The notes below the pieces were generated by a model that was not told where the DNA came from, made no database searches, and worked only from the letters and a program-made list of their open reading frames with translations. DNA of 64,000 nucleotides, taken from NCBI GenBank assembly GCA_965215195.1, contig CBDCDC010000002.1, forward strand, positions 2,176,001 to 2,240,000. Direction: 5' to 3'. Position 1 is the first letter of the stretch. Every line of letters starts with the position of its first letter. Made by a program: the position numbers and the translations under genes. Shown here piece after piece: positions 57,027 through 64,000 of this stretch. This DNA comes from Candidatus Latescibacterota bacterium. Its GTDB lineage: Bacteria > Latescibacterota > UBA2968 > UBA8231.

Positions 57027-59048
57027 ATGCTAAGGCGAAATCTATTGCGGGGGCTAAGTATCGCGGCTTGTTGCGCCAGTGCGGCTTGGGGCCGGGCCGA
57101 GTTTCACATCGGCGGGGCGACGGGTGCTTCTTGGCAGGGGCTGATCACCGACGAGCAGACCGAGTACACCATCGTCGATGACCAAGGCGCGGTCTTGGGC
57201 ACACTTCCCATTGCCATTGGCGCGGAGGAAGCGGGCGTCGATACCATGATCGCCTACTCCGACAACGCCATCCAGCCGATATGGGTCGATCCGTCGGTCA
57301 ATCTCGCGCTAGACGCGAACTTGGCCGCGCGCGGCGGCAACCTCTTCACGAGCGTCTCCACCGGCTACACCCGCGAGGCGGCCAAAGAGGTCCAAGTGAT
57401 GATCGACGGCGACCCGGAAACGGCGACCTTGCGCCAAGTCGATATCTCGCCGCGCCTAGCCGGCCTTAATATCGGCTACGTAAAAAACACGGTCGTCAAC
57501 CTCGGGGCCGAGATGCCGGTCAACCGCATCCGCTTCTATCCGCGCCCGGGCTTTGAGGAAAACTACTTGGCTTGGTACGAAATCGGCGTGGCTGACAACT
57601 CCGCGCCTTTTATGTCCTCGCCCCAAGAGCGCGCCCCGGGCAAGCGCTGGTATCACGACATCAGCCGCTCCCTCACCTCGACCAACGACCCGGAGTTCGA
57701 CATCCTAGAGCGCAACGTTGAAAACCTCGACCACGTCGTGGATTTGCGCTTTCTCACGCGCGACTTGCGCTGGGTAGGCATTCGCCCGATCAACCCCGAG
57801 CGCACTTGGGAGATCGCCGAAATGGAGGTGTACGGCGAAGGCTTCGTCACCAAGACCTCCTATCGCACGGGCGTGTTGGACTTTGGCCGCCCGGTGGCTT
57901 GGAGCAAAATCCGCTGGCAGGGCGAGGTGCCCGAGGGCACTCGGCTCGTGTTGCGCACGCGCACCGGCACCACGCCGCAGCCCAATCTGTTTTGGAAAAT
58001 CGGCAGCACCGGCAACTTTGAGCGGGTGTCCAAAGACGAGTACACCACGACCTACCAAGTGGGCCGCTTCAACCAGATCCAAGCGACGTACGATGTAGAA
58101 AACTGGAGCTTCTGGTCGACGCCCTACGACTTTGCGGCCGGGCGGCGCAACCCCGAGGCCACGGGCTGGGCGGACGGAACGCCCCTCCTCTCGCCCGGAC
58201 CCAGCCGCTACTTGCAGCTAGAGGTGGTCATGTTTTCGGACGGGAACAAAGCACCGCGCATCGACGAGATATCCCTGCTGTTTGCCGAAGATCCCGCGGC
58301 CCAAAGCGTAATCGCCGAAATCTGGCCGATTGAGACCGATAACTTCGAGCCGCAGACCTTCACCTATGTGGTGCGGCCCGTACTCGAAGACGGCGACCGG
58401 GGCTTCGACCGGCTGGAGATCTTCACCCAAGTCCCGGCCGCAGCCGTGCATTCGGTCGCAATAGATGGCCGGGAAATCATCGACAGCTTCCCGCCCAAGC
58501 TAGAGGAAGACCGGATCGTCATTAGCTTTGAGCCGTTTACTGCGCCGCGCGACAACGAGCGCCGCATTGAGGTCGTCTTCGACGCCAAGGTCCTGCGCTT
58601 TGGCGCGGAATTTACCGGTTGGGTGTACGACAGCACCGCGCCCGAGCTCAAGCAGCAAGTCCGGCCCGGCAACGCGACCTTCCGCTTTGCCGGCGACGCC
58701 CTATCGGTGCGCACACCCGTCGGCGGCGAACTCGTGCGGAAAGTCAGCGCACATCCCGCAATCCTGACGCCCAATGGCGACGGGATCAACGATCAGACCG
58801 TGATTTCGTACGATCTGCGCAACATCGGTACGCCGCGCCAGATCGCTTTGCGGATTTTTGACCTGTCCGGCCGGCTAGTGCGCGAGATAATCTCCACGCC
58901 AGCCGTCAGCGGCAGCTTTGCGGCGGCTTGGGATGGCCGCCACACCGAGGGAGACTTAGTCGCCCCGGGCGCGTACCTCTACCAAGTTGATCTAACCACC
59001 GACAAGGGCCTTTCAGCCGCTGCGGGCACCGTAGCTGTGGCCTATTGA
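57027..59048 (+). CDS. Secreted FlgD-Ig-tailed protein (paralog)
   Basis: Signal peptide; VNRIRFYPR, NWSFWS, SPGPSRYLQ, TPNGDGIND, WDGR; ends VAVAY; start uncertain (56979/57018/57027). Confidence 0.85.
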   Translation: MLRRNLLRGLSIAACCASAAWGRAEFHIGGATGASWQGLITDEQTEYTIVDDQGAVLGTLPIAIGAEEAGVDTMIAYSDNAIQPIWVDPSVNLALDANLAARGGNLFTSVSTGYTREAAKEVQVMIDGDPETATLRQVDISPRLAGLNIGYVKNTVVNLGAEMPVNRIRFYPRPGFEENYLAWYEIGVADNSAPFMSSPQERAPGKRWYHDISRSLTSTNDPEFDILERNVENLDHVVDLRFLTRDLRWVGIRPINPERTWEIAEMEVYGEGFVTKTSYRTGVLDFGRPVAWSKIRWQGEVPEGTRLVLRTRTGTTPQPNLFWKIGSTGNFERVSKDEYTTTYQVGRFNQIQATYDVENWSFWSTPYDFAAGRRNPEATGWADGTPLLSPGPSRYLQLEVVMFSDGNKAPRIDEISLLFAEDPAAQSVIAEIWPIETDNFEPQTFTYVVRPVLEDGDRGFDRLEIFTQVPAAAVHSVAIDGREIIDSFPPKLEEDRIVISFEPFTAPRDNERRIEVVFDAKVLRFGAEFTGWVYDSTAPELKQQVRPGNATFRFAGDALSVRTPVGGELVRKVSAHPAILTPNGDGINDQTVISYDLRNIGTPRQIALRIFDLSGRLVREIISTPAVSGSFAAAWDGRHTEGDLVAPGAYLYQVDLTTDKGLSAAAGTVAVAY

Positions 59049-59055
59049 GCGAGCA

Positions 59056-61662
59056 ATGGCGGGAACTGCGAAACGCATCTGCAAGATCGCCCTACTCTTA
59101 TGGGCTATCAACGGCGGCTCGGCCGCGGCCCAAATCGGGCTACTAGCCTCCCCAGGCACGGCGGCCCTCAACCCGGCGGTGCGCCGCTGGTACGTGCCCC
59201 AAGAGCTGGTCGCCGAACACCACTGGCGGCAGTGGAGCGCGACCAACTACGCACGCGCTCCCTATCAGCGGTACGTCAGTACCAACATCGAGGGGGATTA
59301 CTTCTACGACGCCTTTGGCAACTTCCTCAATCAAGGCTGGCTGATCTACAACGTATCCCAGTCCAACCCCGAGGAATTCGGCACCGTATTGTTCGAGGCC
59401 GAGCACTTCCGCAACTGGTTTTCCGAGGTCGCCGTGGCCTCCGAGCACAAGGGGCAATACGCGTACGCCCTGACCATCAGCAGCGACCTACGCACCACCC
59501 TAACGCCCATGGTGCTGTCCAAACCGCGCCTCGACGGCGTACAGTTCGACTTTGCCATGGATAAGTACCGGGGCACGTTCCTCTACGCACAGGCCAGTGC
59601 TCCGCGCGGCATCACCAATCAGGAGCTGCGCCGCACCAATTCCACCACCCTGATCGGGGGACGCCTTGAGGTGCAAATCGGGGATTTCGTCGAGCTCGGC
59701 GTCCACAGCGCCAACGCCCACCAAGCCAATTCCCTCTCGGAAGAGGCCCTGTTGAGCAATTGGGTGACCGGGTCGCTGACCCAAGGCCAAAACCGCACCA
59801 TCTCCCGCATCGAAATCGCGCTGCGGGACGACTCGCCCGACGACGGCGTGGGCGGCGCAGCGTATTTCCCGGCCGGCTCGGACATCTTCATCACCTATCG
59901 GGATGGCCGCGTGGATTCGGGCCGCGAGATCCGCTTTGAACCCGTGGTGGAGGGCGGCGCACCCAAGCCGGGCTATATTGAGGCCAACGGCAACGACGAA
60001 ATACGCCTGCGCTACGACTTTGACAGCGCGAGTTTCATCAACCGGGCTGCGGCCGACAAGACTGAGATCGTCAAAGTGGAATTCCGGCTGGTGGTAGCCA
60101 ACGACTATCAGGTCTGGATGACTTCCGACCAGCAGACCAGCGGTGGCGAGCCCGTGTTCCTGCTGGTGACGCAAGCACCGGGCAACATTGAGGACTTGTC
60201 CAATTTGCGCGTCATCAGCTTTGAGGCCGGGCTGCCGACAGCCACCCACCTCCTCGGCGGTACGGTGACGGCCACCGACGTGCTGGGCTTCGACCTGTAC
60301 GGCGAGTACGATCTCAATTGGAACTACCGCAAATATCCCAACATCCTCGTCGAAGAACACCAGACCTCAGCCGGCATTGTCGGCGCGCGCAGCGCACCAG
60401 CCTATATGCTCAATCTGTCGCGCCAGTGGTCCCGCTTCTTCCTCTACGGCGAAGCCTATCACATGGACCCGCGCTACAACACCCAAACTTTCGTCACCCG
60501 CGACGACGGCAGCATCGACTACCAAAACGACCGCAGCCTCCTAGATCTCGTGGAAGACAACGACGATCAAGACCGGGTGCCAGACGCCTTTCGCGCCGAC
60601 TGGGCCTTTCCCGACCGCCAAGTCTTTCCGGGCTGGGATCAGAACAACGACTTCGTGCCCGACATCAACCAAAACGACAGCCGAGAGCGCTCCAACTCGA
60701 TCCCGGACTACGAAGAGCCTTTCCTGCGCTTTGCGGCCGATCGGCCCGAATTCCTCTTCGGCGTCGACATGAACAACAACTTCTGGACCGACCAATACGA
60801 AAACGACCAAGAGCCGGATTACCCCTACAAGCGCGACCACCAAGGCTACAACGCATACGTCGGCACGTACTTGACTCCGCAGCTAAAGATAATCGCCGGC
60901 CTCCTGCGCGAGGACCGCATCTCTTCCAATGAGAAAAACCACAGCGCGTACGCACTCCTGCGCTACGACCGGAGCTGGCCGCGCTACGGCGATCTGCGCC
61001 TCTTCGGCATGACCAAGCGCGTGGAGGACGACATCGCCGACCCGCTCTTGCAGTGGGCACCCGACAACACCCTGCGCCTCGGCACCTTGACCGAGATCGA
61101 CGATCCGCTGCTGGCCCGCGATACTTGGATCAACCAGCTCTTCCTCGGCCACAAGGTGCGCGCCTTTGCCCTGCACCTCCAGAGCAAGGTCAACTACGCG
61201 GTCTTTCACCAGCTCATGGACGCCGAGCGCCGGCAGCGCTGGGGTTTAGCCGAGACGGATTTTTTCTTCGGGATGATCAACAAGGCCCACTATCGCCATG
61301 CGCTCGGCCCCCTCTATTTAGAGCCGCGCTGGAAGAGCGAATTCATCAAGCAGAGCCGCGACCTGTTCACGGACGAGCGCCGCACGACCCTCGCGGAACT
61401 CTTCTCGCTGTTGGCCGGCACTGATGTCCTAGAGATCACCAAACTACAAGCGGGCCTAGAGTACCTGATCTTCGACGATTTCGCCGCGGACGCCAACGAC
61501 TTCACGGCCCTGACCGGCGGCATTCAGTTCAAGAACGAATCGGCCTACCAAGGCTACAAGCTGCAGACCGTGATCGGGCTGGTGCTAGAGCGCAAGAACT
61601 TTAAGGACGCTCCATCGCGCACCGAGACCCAATCTTTCATCGCCATTTACGCAGGGATTTAA
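59056..61662 (+). CDS. Paralog of 50297-52960
   Basis: PAVRRWYVPQEL, EDNDDQDR.PD, PDYEEPFLRF; ends FIAIYAGI. Confidence 0.8.
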   Translation: MAGTAKRICKIALLLWAINGGSAAAQIGLLASPGTAALNPAVRRWYVPQELVAEHHWRQWSATNYARAPYQRYVSTNIEGDYFYDAFGNFLNQGWLIYNVSQSNPEEFGTVLFEAEHFRNWFSEVAVASEHKGQYAYALTISSDLRTTLTPMVLSKPRLDGVQFDFAMDKYRGTFLYAQASAPRGITNQELRRTNSTTLIGGRLEVQIGDFVELGVHSANAHQANSLSEEALLSNWVTGSLTQGQNRTISRIEIALRDDSPDDGVGGAAYFPAGSDIFITYRDGRVDSGREIRFEPVVEGGAPKPGYIEANGNDEIRLRYDFDSASFINRAAADKTEIVKVEFRLVVANDYQVWMTSDQQTSGGEPVFLLVTQAPGNIEDLSNLRVISFEAGLPTATHLLGGTVTATDVLGFDLYGEYDLNWNYRKYPNILVEEHQTSAGIVGARSAPAYMLNLSRQWSRFFLYGEAYHMDPRYNTQTFVTRDDGSIDYQNDRSLLDLVEDNDDQDRVPDAFRADWAFPDRQVFPGWDQNNDFVPDINQNDSRERSNSIPDYEEPFLRFAADRPEFLFGVDMNNNFWTDQYENDQEPDYPYKRDHQGYNAYVGTYLTPQLKIIAGLLREDRISSNEKNHSAYALLRYDRSWPRYGDLRLFGMTKRVEDDIADPLLQWAPDNTLRLGTLTEIDDPLLARDTWINQLFLGHKVRAFALHLQSKVNYAVFHQLMDAERRQRWGLAETDFFFGMINKAHYRHALGPLYLEPRWKSEFIKQSRDLFTDERRTTLAELFSLLAGTDVLEITKLQAGLEYLIFDDFAADANDFTALTGGIQFKNESAYQGYKLQTVIGLVLERKNFKDAPSRTETQSFIAIYAGI

Positions 61663-61665
61663 GCC

Positions 61666-61695
61666 TTGACGTACGCTTTTTTAGGCGCGTATATT
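61666..61695 (+). promoter_or_regulatory. Sigma-70 promoter (duplicated at 62877-62905)
   Basis: TTGACG-N18-TATATT; second copy TTGACA-N17-GATATT. Confidence 0.6.
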
Positions 61696-61791
61696 GAATT
61701 TTTATTTTGTTGCGGAACCGCAGAAGACAGCCGAGTTGCCGCATCTTCTCTCTTCTTTATTTCACCCCTATCTCGTGGAGGTAGCTTCACC

Positions 61792-62685
61792 ATGAAAAAG
61801 TCTCTCACCATCGCCTTGGCCTCGTTGGGCCTTGTGGTCGCGGCCCAAGCCCACGAGCCCCCTGGCGATCTGTTAGTCGCTGTGAATTTCCCCGATGCCA
61901 ACGTACCCGTCATCGACGGCAACGCCGACGAGTGGGCACCCGTGCCCCTCGACGCGTACGGGATTTTCAGCGAGTCCTTGTTCTCGATCCACGGCTTTGC
62001 CGGCGAGAACGTCGACCGCGGCGGGCTGGACGCCAGTTCCATGCAGATCCGCCACATCGTCGGGTGGAATGACGCGACCAACAACGTGTACATCACCAGC
62101 CGCGTCTTCGACGACATTCACATCACTCAGCGTCAAGATCCGGGCAAGTTCTTCTGGGATGACAGCGTCGAGTACGAGCTCAACGCTGCACACCAAGCTC
62201 GCGACGACCTCAATCCCGGCGACGATGCCACCAGCTTCAGCTACAAGTTTGCCTTCCCGGTCTATCAGGAGACCTTTGAGTGGTATCGCCCGATCCTCAA
62301 CCTGCCGTGGATGACCAGTGGCTCGCAGTATATCGAGATCGCCCACAGCTTCACGGGCGACGAGTTCGGCGAGAGCACGTACGACTACGAGCTGCGCATC
62401 CTGCCGATCGAGCGAATGCCGCGCTCGGATGAGGCCACCGAGGACCAGGTCGAAATCCACGACCTGACCGAAGGCGGCGTCATCCACATCACCCTGACGG
62501 TCAACGATGTCGATGGCGGCGATGGCGATGGCGACAACCGCATCGGCATGTGGAGCACCAATCCCATTTCGTGCTGCCACGCTGCCCAAGACTTGCTGCT
62601 AACCCCGGCCGATCCCAACATCGACTGGGGCACGGCCACGTCTGTCGAGGCCAGTAGCTGGGGCCGGATCAAGTCCCAGTTCTAG
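61792..62685 (+). CDS. Secreted CBM9/DOMON-like protein with a C-terminal SWGRIK motif
   Basis: Start re-called at ATG 61792 (SD GGAGG); PVIDG...EW, VGWND, VFDD, DDSVE, YEL.I; ends TSVEASSWGRIKSQF. Confidence 0.8.
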   Translation: MKKSLTIALASLGLVVAAQAHEPPGDLLVAVNFPDANVPVIDGNADEWAPVPLDAYGIFSESLFSIHGFAGENVDRGGLDASSMQIRHIVGWNDATNNVYITSRVFDDIHITQRQDPGKFFWDDSVEYELNAAHQARDDLNPGDDATSFSYKFAFPVYQETFEWYRPILNLPWMTSGSQYIEIAHSFTGDEFGESTYDYELRILPIERMPRSDEATEDQVEIHDLTEGGVIHITLTVNDVDGGDGDGDNRIGMWSTNPISCCHAAQDLLLTPADPNIDWGTATSVEASSWGRIKSQF

Positions 62686-62711
62686 GCTGTTTCAGCTCAA
62701 TCGCAGTACCA

Positions 62712-62754
62712 TTCCGGGCAGGTCTCGCCTCAGTGCGGGGCCTGCCCGAATTTT
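62712..62754 (+). terminator. Intrinsic terminator
   Basis: CGGGCAGGTCTCGC-ctcagt-GCGGGGCCTGCCCG followed by a T run. Confidence 0.8.
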
Positions 62755-62996
62755 TAGAAGGCTATATGCTCACCTAGAAACAGGTCAATTTCTGCCGATA
62801 AAATGGCTTTCTCGTCGTCCAGAACGAGGACGCCCATCCGCACCGAGCCATCGCCATGTACGCGGGGATTTAAGCCTTGACATACGCTTTTTCAGGTGTG
62901 ATATTAGCCGCCTTCATTTCGTTGCGGAACCGAGAAGATACCGGGTCGCCGCATCTTTTTTCTTCCCTAACCCTATTTCGTGGAGGTAGCTTTACT

Positions 62997-63890
62997 ATGA
63001 AAAAGTTCCTCACCACTGTCCTTGCCTCCTTGGGCCTTGTAGTTGCCGCTCAGGCCCATGAGCCGCCTGGTGAGTTGTTAGTCGCCGTGAACTTTCCCGA
63101 TGCCAACGTGCCCGTCATCGACGGCAACCCCAGCGAGTGGGGGCCCGTGCCTTTGGATCAGTACGGGATTTTTAGCGAGAGTCTGTTTTCGCTTGAAGGT
63201 TTTGCCGGCGATAACGTTGATCGCGGCGCCCTTGACGCCAGTTCACTCCAAGTTCGCCACATCGTCGGTTGGAACGATGGGACCAACAACCTCTATGCCA
63301 CCACCCGCATCTTCGACGACAGACACGTCACCCAGCGTCAGGACCCCGGCAAGTTCTTCTGGGATGACAGCGTCGAGTACGAAGTCAACGCTCAGCATCA
63401 GGCCTCCGAGGACCAAAACCAAGGCGACGATGCCACCAACTTTAGCTATAAGTTCGCCTTCCCGGTTTATCAGGAGACCTTCGAGTGGTATCGCCCCAAC
63501 CGCAACCTGACCTGGCTGACCAGCGGCTCGCAGTGGATCGAGATCGCCCACAGCTTCACGGGCGACGAGTTCGGTGAGAGCACGTACGACTACGAGATCC
63601 GCATCCTGCCGATCGAGCGGATGCCAAAATCGGAGGAGGCCACTGAGGACCAAGTTGAGATCCACGACTTGGTCGAAGGCAGCGTCATTCACTTCACGTT
63701 GACGATCAACGAAGTCGATGGCGGCGAAGGCGAAGGCGATAACCGCATCGGCCAGTGGAGCACCCAATCGATCGGGTGCTGCCGCGCGCTCAACGACCTG
63801 CTGCTAACCCCGGCTGACCCCAACATCGACTGGGGCACGGCCACGGCCGTCGAGGCGAGTAGCTGGGGCCGGATCAAGTCCCAGTTCTAA
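62997..63890 (+). CDS. Tandem paralog of 61792-62685
   Basis: Start ATG 62997; highly similar sequence; ends TAVEASSWGRIKSQF. Confidence 0.85.
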   Translation: MKKFLTTVLASLGLVVAAQAHEPPGELLVAVNFPDANVPVIDGNPSEWGPVPLDQYGIFSESLFSLEGFAGDNVDRGALDASSLQVRHIVGWNDGTNNLYATTRIFDDRHVTQRQDPGKFFWDDSVEYEVNAQHQASEDQNQGDDATNFSYKFAFPVYQETFEWYRPNRNLTWLTSGSQWIEIAHSFTGDEFGESTYDYEIRILPIERMPKSEEATEDQVEIHDLVEGSVIHFTLTINEVDGGEGEGDNRIGQWSTQSIGCCRALNDLLLTPADPNIDWGTATAVEASSWGRIKSQF

Positions 63891-63917
63891 GATTCTCTCT
63901 TTTTTAGTTGTCGCTAT

Positions 63918-63952
63918 TCGGGCAGGCTTTGCTACGTGCGAGGCCTGCCCAA
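63918..63952 (+). terminator. Terminator-like hairpin, homolog of 62712-62754
   Basis: GGGCAGGCTTTGC-tacgt-GCGAGGCCTGCCC; weak T tail. Confidence 0.6.
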
Positions 63953-63971
63953 ATGCTACGTAGGAGATTGT

Positions 63972-64000
63972 ATGATCACCCAAGAACAGATTGATTTCTA
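63972..64000 (+). CDS. Start of the next gene (MITQEQIDF..., PhyH-like opening), truncated by the window end
   Basis: SD AGGAG, ATG 63972; only 9 codons visible. Confidence 0.4.

Overview
Bacterial, GC-rich window. The secreted proteins with YPNPFN/TPNGDG FlgD-Ig tails, the C-terminal SWGRIK motif, CotH, tandem PhyH and DUF6785 genes suggest an FCB-group organism of the Latescibacterota/Handelsmanbacteria/Gemmatimonadota type; this is inference from gene content. There are four parts. (1) 1-17.4 kb is a minus-strand locus and the best candidate for an undescribed system. A sigma-54 promoter with a 5x palindromic upstream array, next to a soluble beta-propeller/sigma-54 activator, precedes a 10-Cys peptide and a 14-Cys FlgD-tailed paralog that share a Flp-prepilin-like leader. 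They are followed by an FMN-binding CxxC protein, an A24 prepilin peptidase, two CxxC redoxins (one split by an intact IS630), a TPR protein and a GT1-type glycosyltransferase that runs off the window and is missing from the ORF track. FG-GAP/FlgD genes, a MITE inside a terminator and remnants of a duplicated cassette are also present. (2) 17.5-39.6 kb holds mostly metabolic genes: a TPP riboswitch-TonB receptor-thiN unit, radical SAM, SDR, enolase, surE, CotH, PhyH x2, AKR, a phosphodiesterase and an RNA methyltransferase. A TIGR04255 three-gene islet is inserted in the 3' end of thiN. (3) 39.6-45.4 kb is a decayed type I R-M locus filled with toxin-antitoxin and ATPase/nuclease cassettes. 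(4) 45.6-64 kb is a plus-strand cluster: a PPIase lipoprotein, three FlgD-tailed proteins, two paralogous putative outer-membrane proteins, a GT-C/TPR protein and a tandem pair of SWGRIK-tailed proteins. No rRNA, tRNA or CRISPR array was seen. All family calls come from motif recognition by eye, with no database search.
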